Source: Syntrophales bacterium (GTDB lineage Bacteria; Desulfobacterota; Syntrophia; Syntrophales; UBA4778). From it: a stretch of DNA of 64,000 bases. Location of the stretch: assembly GCA_028712885.1 (NCBI GenBank), contig JAQTPK010000001.1, positions 40,302 to 104,301 on the forward strand, read 5' to 3'. Shown in pieces: positions 18,189 to 26,738 of this stretch. The notes below the pieces were generated by a model, which did not search any database, was not told where the DNA came from, and worked only from the letters and a program-made list of their open reading frames with translations. Position 1 is the first letter of the stretch; every line of letters starts with the position of its first letter. Position numbers and translations under genes: made by a program.

Positions 18189-18217
18189 ATCTTAGTTTAA
18201 ATCCCGAGTACTATCAA
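18189..18217 (-). promoter_or_regulatory. sigma-70-type promoter candidate for topIB (possibly a leaderless mRNA)
   Basis: Coding strand reads TTGATA-N17-TAAGAT. Only 7 nt separate the -10 element from the ATG, and there is no SD. Confidence 0.35.
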
Positions 18218-18339
18218 TGGCACCCCGTCACTTCTATTTGGTGATTTTTTCCCCTGGTACGGAAATATTTGCCCTTCACGAAGCGCTTCGAAATAATTCA
18301 TCAAACGATAAAATTTTGAAAATACAAGGTATTTTCCAA

Positions 18340-18355
18340 TGGCATATCTCTTGCT
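18340..18355 (+). promoter_or_regulatory. sigma-54 promoter, fliK-flgDE
   Basis: TGGCATATCTCTTGCT, 33 nt upstream of the fliK ATG. A GGGAGGG ribosome-binding site lies between them. Confidence 0.75.
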
Positions 18356-18387
18356 CAACTATCGTCAAACCGGGAGGGCAGGCAGAT

Positions 18388-19860
18388 ATGCAGGACATAA
18401 ATATTCAGGGCGTTTCTAAAGGAATCCTGTCCAGGCGAGCGCGAAAAGCGGCCAGGAAGGTACAGGGCGATCAGGCCCTGATGTTCATGTCCATGATCCA
18501 GGGCTCCGGCCATGTCCCGGCCCATACAAAAGCCCGCTCAGCCGCGTGCAGGAAGTCCCTCCAGTGCGAACTGCCCGCGCCCGGAATGCGTTCCGCAGAA
18601 AACAACGGCAAGAAAATTCCGGCCCTGAAAATGCCGGCAGCTGCAAAAACCGAGGCAAAAATACCAGCCGTCCCCGCTCCCGCTGAAAAGGCGAAGGAAG
18701 CAGCGGCCGCGGGAGTGCAGGTAAAAGAAGATCTGTTCAAGACCGCCGCTGAATCACTCAAGCCGCCCCCGGACGGCAAGCAAGCAGCAGTCGCGGCGAA
18801 GAAAGAGCGGATTGAACCGGGTAAAATCCCCCAGGAAGCGGCGAAGGAAGCCCGCGCCGGGCGAGCCGTTGCGGAAGAAGTAAAAAAGCAGGCCACGGCG
18901 GACCTCCGTCCGGAAAACGCGAATAAGGCCGCCATCCCCCCGGAGCGGCCGGACATTTTCGGGCAGGCGCTTAAAGCGACCATCGGTACGGAAAGAGGCA
19001 GGTCCGGCCGCAGGGAAGCCGCAGCGGGGGCGAATTCCGCCCCGGCAGGAGCCGCATCGGACAATGCCGAGCGGCCCGCCATGGTAATGATGCAGGAAAA
19101 AACGGCTGCGAAAACGGCCTTCCTGCAGCCGGAACAAAACAGCCCCGCTTCACCGGCGCCGGCAAATCCGAAAAATAAGACAGCTCCGGAAACGGCGGAG
19201 AAAAAGGCCGAGGAGACGCGCGCATCAAACATGCCGCGCAAACCGGAGGGCGCCCAGCAGTTTGCGGAATCTATGCGCCGGAAGGAGATAGAAACTGTTC
19301 CGGCCGACCGGGAGTCTGCGCCCGTGCGGACGGTGAAAATCGATTCCGCCCGCCCCGAAGTAAACCAGGCGCTCAAAATGGAAACGGCGGCAAGACCGGC
19401 GGAGGCAAGCGCGGCGGTAAAACCGGAACCGGTGATAACCCAGGTTGCCGCGGGCGTGCAAACGGCGGTCGATAGGGGAGTGAGCCGCATTCGCCTGGAG
19501 ATCCAGCCTCCCAATCTCGGCATTCTCGACATGGACCTCGTCGTGAACCGGGACAAGGTCAGGATGGTCATCATGGCGGATAATCAGGAAGTGGGCGAAG
19601 TGCTCAGGTCCAATGCGGAGCAGCTGAAGGCCGCTCTCGAGGGGCAGGGGTTGAAAATGGACTCCCTGGACGTGTTTGTCCAGGATCGTTCCGCCGGGGA
19701 GCGCTCCGGCGGGTTCCGCGAATTTGCGTCGTTCCGGGACGGGTCCGGCAGCGGGCAGCGCAATCCGGAGCCGAGCGGGGAACAGAAACTCCGGTCTTCG
19801 GCCCCGAACGCCCAGCCGGGAATGTATCTCGAAACAGGTCTCCTGAATCTATTTGCATAA
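18388..19860 (+). CDS. fliK: flagellar hook-length control protein FliK
   Basis: Ala/Pro/Lys/Glu-rich ruler region. C-terminal Flg_hook-like segment IRLEIQPPNLGILDMDLVVNRDKVRMVIMADNQEV. Start set at MQDINI, which has a GGGAGGG ribosome-binding site. Confidence 0.88.
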   Translation: MQDINIQGVSKGILSRRARKAARKVQGDQALMFMSMIQGSGHVPAHTKARSAACRKSLQCELPAPGMRSAENNGKKIPALKMPAAAKTEAKIPAVPAPAEKAKEAAAAGVQVKEDLFKTAAESLKPPPDGKQAAVAAKKERIEPGKIPQEAAKEARAGRAVAEEVKKQATADLRPENANKAAIPPERPDIFGQALKATIGTERGRSGRREAAAGANSAPAGAASDNAERPAMVMMQEKTAAKTAFLQPEQNSPASPAPANPKNKTAPETAEKKAEETRASNMPRKPEGAQQFAESMRRKEIETVPADRESAPVRTVKIDSARPEVNQALKMETAARPAEASAAVKPEPVITQVAAGVQTAVDRGVSRIRLEIQPPNLGILDMDLVVNRDKVRMVIMADNQEVGEVLRSNAEQLKAALEGQGLKMDSLDVFVQDRSAGERSGGFREFASFRDGSGSGQRNPEPSGEQKLRSSAPNAQPGMYLETGLLNLFA

Positions 19861-19873
19861 TGCGAGGCAATCC

Positions 19874-20512
19874 ATGAGCACGATCACATCGACAGGCGCG
19901 GCGACGGCCGGCGCTAATAAAACCATCGGCAAGGATGAATTTTTCAAAATGCTCATTGCCCAGCTCAAGAATCAGAACCCCTTGAGCCCGCTGGACGGGG
20001 CCGATTTCGCCGCCCAGCTTGCCCAGTTCTCCACGGTGGAGAAGCTGGGCAATATCAGCGACCAGATGGACGTGCTCAGCGCCTTCGGCAATTACCTGAG
20101 CGGCGTCCAGACCGCCGGGCTGATCGGCAACGAGGTCACGGCGGAGGGCGACCAGATCCAGCTCAATGGGGAGACAAGCCGCACAATAAATTACATGCTG
20201 AGCGCCAACGTCCAGAAGGGGGCGGTCAGCATTTTCGACAGCAGCGGCGCCCTGGTCAAGACGATTGAATTCGGGAGCCAGAACGCAGGCATGAATTCGG
20301 TTACGTGGAACTGTTCCGGCCAGTCCGCCGGCACGTATAATGTAGCGATCACGGCGTTCGACAAGAACGGGGCAGGCGTGAACGCCAGCTCGCTGGTAAC
20401 GGGCGTTGTGGACGGCGTCCTCTTCAGGGACGGCCTCACCTACGTAACCGTGAACGGAATGGAGATCACGCCGGCGGGCATTATTTCGGTCAAAAAACCG
20501 GCTTCGTCATAA
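19874..20512 (+). CDS. flgD: flagellar hook capping/assembly protein FlgD
   Basis: Motif KDEFFKMLIAQLKNQNPLSPLD. An alternative ATG at 19853 overlaps fliK. Confidence 0.92.
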   Translation: MSTITSTGAATAGANKTIGKDEFFKMLIAQLKNQNPLSPLDGADFAAQLAQFSTVEKLGNISDQMDVLSAFGNYLSGVQTAGLIGNEVTAEGDQIQLNGETSRTINYMLSANVQKGAVSIFDSSGALVKTIEFGSQNAGMNSVTWNCSGQSAGTYNVAITAFDKNGAGVNASSLVTGVVDGVLFRDGLTYVTVNGMEITPAGIISVKKPASS

Positions 20513-20556
20513 TTTTTGAACTTAATTAAAGACAAGACACAGACAGGAGGTTCACC

Positions 20557-22098
20557 ATGGGAAGTTCATTGTGGGCGGGCATTTCGGGCTTGAACGCAAG
20601 CGCGAAGCAGATGGACGTCATCGGCAACAACATCGCGAACGTCAATACCATCGGCTTCCGGGCGGGCAAGGTCTTCTTCTCGGACGTTCTGAGCCAGAGC
20701 CTCTCCGGCGGCGCATCCGGCTCGATGCAGGTCGGCCGCGGCGTGGCCGTGGAAGACATCGCCACCCAGTTCGGATCGGGCTCATTCGAAACGACGTCGA
20801 ACGCCACCGACGTGGCGGTGGACGGCGACGGATTCTTCATGGTGAACGACGCCCTCGGCGCGACCTATTTTACGCGCGCCGGAGCGTTCCACATGGACAA
20901 CGAAGGTTATCTCGTGGACACGAACGGCTACAAGGTCCAGGGATACTGCTACGACACCGCTACGGGCGCGCTGGGCAGCACCATAGAGGACATCTCCCTG
21001 AGAAACGTTCAGTCGGCCCCCTCGGCCACCACCGTTTTTTCAGTGGGCGTCAACCTCAATTCAGACACCGCCGCGGGCGATACCTTCAATGCAACCCAGA
21101 CAGTGTACGACTCGCTCGGCGACAAGCACACCCTGAATATAGCTTTCCGGAAAACGGAAGGGGACGGATACTGGGGGATCGAAGCCACGCTGGATAACGC
21201 AGCGGTCTCCTCGCAGTCCATGCACGGAGTAACTTTCGATTCCGATGGAAACCTTGATGACGTCTATACCGCTACCGCCATCCCCACCGCCGCGTATGAC
21301 GGATCGGCCGGCGACGGGACCTATACGGTGGCGGTAAACACCAACAAGGAGGGGCAGCTCTGGAAGGACGCTGCGGGCCTTATCCTTACAAGGACCGGGG
21401 CGACAACCTGGGGGGTGACTACTCCGCAAGGGTATACGAATGCGACTGCAACAGCGGACGCAACCCACATCTACCTGGACCTTGACGGCGCCGGCGGCGC
21501 CGACATCACCGTAACGCTTGCAGACACATGGGCGAACAACGACACTGTAAGCATCGACATCAACCAGTCCGGCACAGCCGCAACGGATCTTACCCTGACG
21601 ATTCCGACGCTTCCCAACGGCGCCACTATCGGCACGGCAAACGTGATCGACTGGAACCTGGTCGGGTCGGACGCACTTTCCATTACAGGTTACGCCAGCA
21701 CATCCGTCATCAAGTCTCTCTCCAACGACGGCTACGCCTCGGGTCTCCTGAAGAGCCTCTCCGTAGAGAGTGACGGGATTATCAGCGGGTTCTTCACCAA
21801 CGGTCAGACTGCCGAAGTCGGGCAGATCTGCCTGGCGGACTTCGACAACCCCTGGGGCCTGAAGCGCATGGGGTCCAACCTCTTCGCGGAAACGGTCACC
21901 TCCGGAGCGGCGATCATGAACACGCCGGGCGCTTCCGGTCTGGGCGAGCTGACCGCCAACAGTCTCGAGATGTCAAATACGGATATCGCCACCGAGTTCA
22001 TCAACATGATCACCGCCCAGAAAGCGTATCAGGCGAGCGCGCGCGTGATCACGACCACAGACGCGATGATGTCGGAACTTATGAATATTCGGCGTTAA
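20557..22098 (+). CDS. flgE: flagellar hook protein FlgE
   Basis: Motifs LWAGISGLNASAKQMDVIGNNIANVNTIGFR and a C-terminal EMSNTDIATEFINMITAQKAYQASARVI. Confidence 0.95.
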   Translation: MGSSLWAGISGLNASAKQMDVIGNNIANVNTIGFRAGKVFFSDVLSQSLSGGASGSMQVGRGVAVEDIATQFGSGSFETTSNATDVAVDGDGFFMVNDALGATYFTRAGAFHMDNEGYLVDTNGYKVQGYCYDTATGALGSTIEDISLRNVQSAPSATTVFSVGVNLNSDTAAGDTFNATQTVYDSLGDKHTLNIAFRKTEGDGYWGIEATLDNAAVSSQSMHGVTFDSDGNLDDVYTATAIPTAAYDGSAGDGTYTVAVNTNKEGQLWKDAAGLILTRTGATTWGVTTPQGYTNATATADATHIYLDLDGAGGADITVTLADTWANNDTVSIDINQSGTAATDLTLTIPTLPNGATIGTANVIDWNLVGSDALSITGYASTSVIKSLSNDGYASGLLKSLSVESDGIISGFFTNGQTAEVGQICLADFDNPWGLKRMGSNLFAETVTSGAAIMNTPGASGLGELTANSLEMSNTDIATEFINMITAQKAYQASARVITTTDAMMSELMNIRR

Positions 22099-22204
22099 TT
22101 CCAGTACCCTTCCTGCCGGGGGGCTTTGCCGTCAGCACTGAAGCTGACGACAGGGCTCCCCGGTCTCTCCTTCCGTCAAATTGTTGACCCTCCGGTCAAA
22201 AAAA

Positions 22205-22440
22205 AGAAATTCCAAATCCCAAAACCCAAATCCCAAGCAAATCACAATTTCAGAATTCAAATCCAAATGACTCCAATAGAAGCAAAATATACTGTTATTA
22301 TTAAACATTTTTTTCACTTAAAGCTCCGCGGATGAAACGACGTTTCGCGCCCGGATTTCTGTTCACATTTTGAATCTGAATTCCAATAAGTGCTTATATG
22401 ATTGAATCCATTTGGGATTTGGGATTTGGGATTTGGGGTT
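22205..22440. repeat. MITE-like element: AAATCCC-family arms of about 64 and 78 nt around an AT-rich core of about 95 nt, flgE|motA
   Basis: The left arm (22205-22268) and right arm (22363-22440) are imperfect reverse complements. The element shares AAATCCCAAGCA and AAATCCAAATG exactly with the 13801 element. Confidence 0.75.
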
Positions 22441-22449
22441 TCCTGTCAG

Positions 22450-22465
22450 TGGTACGCAAATTGCT
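22450..22465 (+). promoter_or_regulatory. sigma-54 promoter candidate, motA operon
   Basis: TGGTACGCAAATTGCT. It ends 13 nt before the motA ATG, which would make the transcript nearly leaderless. Confidence 0.55.
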
Positions 22466-22478
22466 CTGATCGGTCCTC

Positions 22479-23240
22479 ATGGACCTAGCGACTATATTCG
22501 GAATATTCACCGGCTTCGGCCTGGTGATTGCGGCCATGTTGACCGGCGGGGGATTGTCCTGGTTCGTGGACACTCCGGCGGCCATGATCGTCGGCGGAGG
22601 CACGCTCGGGGCCCTGCTGATCAACTATTCCCTGGGCGACATCTTTCGCGTCCTGAACGTGGCAAAAAACGCCTTTCTGCAGAAAGGACAGAAGGTCGAG
22701 GAAGTGATCGAACAACTGCTTGCCATGTCCAGGCTGGCGCGCAAGGAAGGCATCCTGTCGCTGCAGAAAATCAGCGGGCGGGTCCGCGACCCTTTTTTCC
22801 GCAAGGGGACCGAGCTCGTCATGGACGGGGTGGAGCCGAACACGCTCAGCCATATCATGGAAACCGAGCTTGACTCCATCGCGGAGCGGCACCGGCTGGG
22901 AGCGGAGATATTCACTTCCCTGGGCAATTTCGCTCCTGCCATGGGGATGACGGGCACCCTCATCGGCCTCGTCAAGATGCTTATGCAGATGAACGATCCG
23001 AGCTCGATCGGCCCCTCCATGTCGATGGCTTTCGTGGCGACCTTTTACGGGGTGGTCCTGGCCAATCTAGTCTTCCTGCCGATTGCCGGAAAGCTGAAGA
23101 TGAGGAGCTCGCAGGAGCTGCTGGTCAAACAGCTGATCATCGGTGGGATCATGTCCATCCAGATGGGCGATAACCCCCGGGTGCTCGAACAGAAACTCCA
23201 ATCTTATATCTCTCCCGTGAAAAGGAAGACCATATTCTGA
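22479..23240 (+). CDS. motA: flagellar stator protein MotA
   Basis: N-terminus MDLATIFGIFTGFGLVIAAM, MotA/ExbB-type TM pattern, motif TLIGLVKML. Confidence 0.93.
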   Translation: MDLATIFGIFTGFGLVIAAMLTGGGLSWFVDTPAAMIVGGGTLGALLINYSLGDIFRVLNVAKNAFLQKGQKVEEVIEQLLAMSRLARKEGILSLQKISGRVRDPFFRKGTELVMDGVEPNTLSHIMETELDSIAERHRLGAEIFTSLGNFAPAMGMTGTLIGLVKMLMQMNDPSSIGPSMSMAFVATFYGVVLANLVFLPIAGKLKMRSSQELLVKQLIIGGIMSIQMGDNPRVLEQKLQSYISPVKRKTIF

Positions 23241-24004
23241 TGCAGCCGGTTCAGCATAAAGAAGATGGCATAGGCGAGCGCAATCCGTCCGATATCATGT
23301 CGGAGGGAAACTGGCTGGTAACTTACTGCTCGCTGATCATCACGCTGGTGTCCGTCTTCATGATGCTCGTGTCCTATTCCAATCAGGCTGGGGGCAAGCT
23401 GAAGAAATACCGGCAGAGTCTGGGAATCACTACCGCCGCGGCCGTCGTCCCCTCCCGCACCGTCGATATCGTTGAGCCCTCCCTGGAGTCGATGAGGAAG
23501 GCAGTTGATGAGAACGGCTATTCGGGAAGAGTGAAGTTCATCAGGTCGAAGCACGGCTTCAAGGCCATCATGGAAAGCGGGATTTTTTTTCCGCCGGGCT
23601 CGGCGGTGCTCAAAGAGGAAAGCCGGCCCTTTCTCGAGGACGTCGGCAAGATAATCCGCCGGAGATGCTTTTCGCTCGGGCTGGGCGGGCACCTCAGCAG
23701 CTCCGCCTCGCCCTCGGCGGAGTTTCCTTCCGGGTGGGAGCTGTCGATCGCGCGGGCTACGCGGATCATGAGGTATTTCCAGGAAAGAGAGAAGATCCCG
23801 GCGGGCCGCCTTGCCGCAGCCGGTTTCGGCCAGTACCGTCCGATTGCGGCCGAAACCACTTCCGAGGAGAGCGCCAGGAACGACCGTATTGAATTTCTTT
23901 TTGTTCGGGAGGGAGTTGAAGCGGATGAAAGCGCTCCCGTTCAGGTTCAGCAGACGGCCGGGTCGAAAACGGATCAGACCGCCGGGACGGCCTCCCTGCA
24001 ATGA
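23240..24004 (+). CDS. MotB-like OmpA-family protein lacking the conserved TM aspartate
   Basis: TM segment WLVTYCSLIITLVSVF has Ser (codon 23330-23332) where MotB proteins carry the proton-relay Asp. C-terminus is OmpA-like (NDRIEF). Confidence 0.8.
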   Translation: MQPVQHKEDGIGERNPSDIMSEGNWLVTYCSLIITLVSVFMMLVSYSNQAGGKLKKYRQSLGITTAAAVVPSRTVDIVEPSLESMRKAVDENGYSGRVKFIRSKHGFKAIMESGIFFPPGSAVLKEESRPFLEDVGKIIRRRCFSLGLGGHLSSSASPSAEFPSGWELSIARATRIMRYFQEREKIPAGRLAAAGFGQYRPIAAETTSEESARNDRIEFLFVREGVEADESAPVQVQQTAGSKTDQTAGTASLQ

Positions 24005-24044
24005 CGGCGGGGACTTGTTCCGGAGAGGTCATGAAGGAGCGGCG

Positions 24045-24755
24045 ATGAAGAGTCACCGTATAAGGGTTCCTGTATCGACGGGAGGCAGAAACTGGCTGCT
24101 CCCCTTCAACGATATGATGACCCTGCTGCTGACTTTTTTCGTGCTGATCATCTCCCTTTCCACCATCGATTCCGCCAAAGTGCAGACCGCTTCCGGATCG
24201 CTGGGCGAGGCCCTTGGATACGTCCAGGAGAAGGTCGCGGCCAGAGTATTCGATCCTTTCATTCTGCCGGCGGGCCAGGATGAAAAACCGGGGGAACCGC
24301 TGCAGACGGAGCCCGCGAAAATCCTGTCGGCGCAGGAAAAGGATGCGCTGGCGGCGGCCTTGAACGCGATGGAAGGGACCAGGGTCCAGACTTCGGCCGG
24401 GGGCATGACCGTATCTCTGTCGGCCGGTATTTTATTCCGCCCGGGTTCGGCCGATATCTCCCCGGCGAATCTCCCGGCGATCGAGATACTCGCCCCGGTT
24501 CTGGCCAGGACGGAGGCGATGGTGCGGGTAGAGGGAAACACGTCGGATGCCTCCCATAACCGGAGATATGCATCACCCTGGGAATTGTCCGCGGCAAGGG
24601 CGGTCGCCGTGGTGGAGCGGCTGATCGGGAAGGGACTGCAGCCGCAGAGGCTGTCTGCAGCCGGCTACGGCGGATTAAGACCGGCGCTTCCGGGAACGGT
24701 AAAGATGCGCGATTCGCATGACAATCGAATAGACTTGGTTATCCAATTTTCATGA
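24045..24755 (+). CDS. motB: flagellar stator protein MotB (Asp-containing paralog)
   Basis: TM segment WLLPFNDMMTLLLTFFVLI retains Asp (codon 24111-24113). OmpA-like C-terminus. Start moved from 23811. Confidence 0.85.
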   Translation: MKSHRIRVPVSTGGRNWLLPFNDMMTLLLTFFVLIISLSTIDSAKVQTASGSLGEALGYVQEKVAARVFDPFILPAGQDEKPGEPLQTEPAKILSAQEKDALAAALNAMEGTRVQTSAGGMTVSLSAGILFRPGSADISPANLPAIEILAPVLARTEAMVRVEGNTSDASHNRRYASPWELSAARAVAVVERLIGKGLQPQRLSAAGYGGLRPALPGTVKMRDSHDNRIDLVIQFS

Positions 24756-24770
24756 CAGCGAGGGAATAAA

Positions 24771-25274
24771 ATGGCCAGAGACGAGGAGCGTAAAACGCAG
24801 GAAGCGGCCAGGGAAGAGGCCCCGCAGGCGCCCAAAAAACCGATGCTGAAAATGCTGATCATTGCCGGGGTTGTTGTCGCCGTTCTTGCCGGTCTGGGCG
24901 TCGGCGGCTTCATTTTCTACCAGAAGGTCGTCCTGGGGAAAAAAGAAGCCCCCAAAAAGGAGCAGCAGATCGAGAGCGCGATGTGGACGATGGATCCGTT
25001 CATCGTCAACCTCGTCGACAATGCGGGAGAGCGGTATCTGAAAGTTTCAATCGAGCTGGAAGTATCGGACAAGAACATTATTCCCGAGCTGAACAAGCTC
25101 AAGCCCAAGCTCCGGGACAACGTTCTCGACCTGCTGACTTCCAAGTCCTACAAGGACCTGGTGGACATGGTCGGAAAACAGCGGCTGCGGGAGGAAATAA
25201 TGATGCGGCTGAACAGCTTCATCACCGGCGGGAAGATCGTAAAGGTGTATTTCACGGAATTCGTCATCCAATAG
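24771..25274 (+). CDS. fliL: flagellar basal body-associated protein FliL
   Basis: Single TM and a FliL C-terminal pattern ending KVYFTEFVIQ. Confidence 0.9.
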   Translation: MARDEERKTQEAAREEAPQAPKKPMLKMLIIAGVVVAVLAGLGVGGFIFYQKVVLGKKEAPKKEQQIESAMWTMDPFIVNLVDNAGERYLKVSIELEVSDKNIIPELNKLKPKLRDNVLDLLTSKSYKDLVDMVGKQRLREEIMMRLNSFITGGKIVKVYFTEFVIQ

Positions 25275-25289
25275 GCGGGAGTCGGGCAG

Positions 25290-26297
25290 ATGACCAACAT
25301 TCTGACACAGGAAGAAGTTGATGCCCTGTTGAGGGGAATCTCCGGCGGGGAGATCGAGACGGAAGTAATCAAGGAGCCGCTGGATCCCTCGGAGGCCATG
25401 CCCTACGACCTTACCAGCCAGGACCGGATCATCCGGGGACGGATGCCGACCCTTGAGATGCTCAACGAGCGTTTCGTCCGGATGTTCAGGACAAGTCTCT
25501 CTTCCCTGCTGAGAAAGGTCGTAAGCTTCAGCACGCTCTCGATCGAGATGATCAAATTCGGCGATTTTCTCAAGACCCTTCCGGTTCCCACGAGCCTGCA
25601 CGTTTTCCGGATGGAGCCCCTGAAGGGGAGCGCGATTTTCGTGGTTGAATCCAAGGTCATTTTTACCCTGGTCGATGTCTTCTTCGGCGGGACGGGACGA
25701 GACCCCTACCGGGTGGAGGGAAGGGACTTCAGCGCCATTGAAAACAATCTTATCAAACGGGTGATAATCAGCGCGATGTCCGATCTCGAAAAGGCCTGGT
25801 CGGCGCTGATCGGAATAAAAATGTCGTATCAGCGGTCGGAGACCAACCCACAGTTCGCGCAGATCGTTCCGCCGACCGACCTGGTTATTCTCATCAATTA
25901 TGAAATTGAAATGGAATTTTCCTCCGGCGGGCTCTCGCTCTGTATTCCCTATTCAACGCTGGAGCCGGTGCGCGAAAAGCTGCAGGCGGGCTTCCAGAGC
26001 GACACCTTCGAAGTCGACAAGGTCTGGCAGACCAGGTTCAAGGAAGGGTTGATGGCTTCGAAAGTGGAAATTCAGGTGGAGCTCGGAAAAGCGGAAATCC
26101 GGGCCAGGGAGGTGGTCAGCCTGCAGAAAGGGGACGTGGTGATCCTGGACCAGTTCGCCGCGGATCCCTTGGGCGTGTTCGTTCAGGGCATTCTGAAATT
26201 CGGGGGACAGGCCGGCAATTACAAGGGGAACCAGGCCGTCAAGATACAGGAATTGATAACGGGCAAAGAGGAGGCTCATCAATATGGAACAGAGTGA
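25290..26297 (+). CDS. fliM: flagellar motor switch protein FliM
   Basis: N-terminal LTQEEVDALL motif. Motifs LHVFRMEPLKGSA and a SpoA-like C-terminus. Confidence 0.95.
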   Translation: MTNILTQEEVDALLRGISGGEIETEVIKEPLDPSEAMPYDLTSQDRIIRGRMPTLEMLNERFVRMFRTSLSSLLRKVVSFSTLSIEMIKFGDFLKTLPVPTSLHVFRMEPLKGSAIFVVESKVIFTLVDVFFGGTGRDPYRVEGRDFSAIENNLIKRVIISAMSDLEKAWSALIGIKMSYQRSETNPQFAQIVPPTDLVILINYEIEMEFSSGGLSLCIPYSTLEPVREKLQAGFQSDTFEVDKVWQTRFKEGLMASKVEIQVELGKAEIRAREVVSLQKGDVVILDQFAADPLGVFVQGILKFGGQAGNYKGNQAVKIQELITGKEEAHQYGTE

Positions 26298-26727
26298 AGT
26301 CGACGCCCTGTTGAGCGGAGTCACGCCGGAGCAAAAGGGCGATGAAGAGCTGAGCTGGGACGACGTCGAAAAGGAAATGGAGGAATCCCGGAAACCCGCG
26401 CCTAAGGTTGAGGCAAGCGTGGCCGAGTTCGAAGAGCTGAAAAGACCCGATCGTAAGACGGGCGCCCAGCTCGACCTCGATTTCATTCTGGACATCCCGC
26501 TTACGCTCAGCGCCGAACTGGGCAGGAGCAAGCTCCTGATCAGCGAGCTGCTTCAGCTCGGGCAGGGATCGGTAATCGAGCTGAGCAAGATCGCGGGCGA
26601 GCCGATGGACATTTATGTCAACCAGCGGTTGATCGCCCGGGGGGAGGTCGTCGTGGTCAATGAGAAGTTCGGGGTCCGCCTTACGGACATAGTCTCTCCC
26701 CAGGAAAGAATAAGCAAACTGAAATAA
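26284..26727 (+). CDS. fliN: flagellar motor switch protein FliN
   Basis: SpoA-domain C-terminus GEPMDIYVNQRLIARGEVVVVNEKFGVRLTDI. Confidence 0.93.
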   Translation: MEQSEVDALLSGVTPEQKGDEELSWDDVEKEMEESRKPAPKVEASVAEFEELKRPDRKTGAQLDLDFILDIPLTLSAELGRSKLLISELLQLGQGSVIELSKIAGEPMDIYVNQRLIARGEVVVVNEKFGVRLTDIVSPQERISKLK

Positions 26728-26738
26728 GAGGCGAGGAC

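Noticed and set aside
17045-18387. TopIB as cargo of a mobile element or prophage remnant.
   Set aside because: There is no flanking integrase, transposase, tRNA, direct target duplication or obvious composition shift. Only the unusual position is reported, as a finding.
20526-20548. A short tandem AAGACA AGACAC AGACAGG upstream of flgE.
   Set aside because: There are only about three irregular 5-6-nt units, and they merge into the GGAGG ribosome-binding site. This is insufficient to call a repeat element.
22126-22335. Small ORFs on both strands in the flgE-motA gap (69 aa on the plus strand, 61 aa on the minus strand).
   Set aside because: They lie inside the repeat element and its AT-rich core and overlap each other. 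They have no ribosome-binding site, and their translations are low complexity. A small RNA is as likely as a peptide, and neither is supported.
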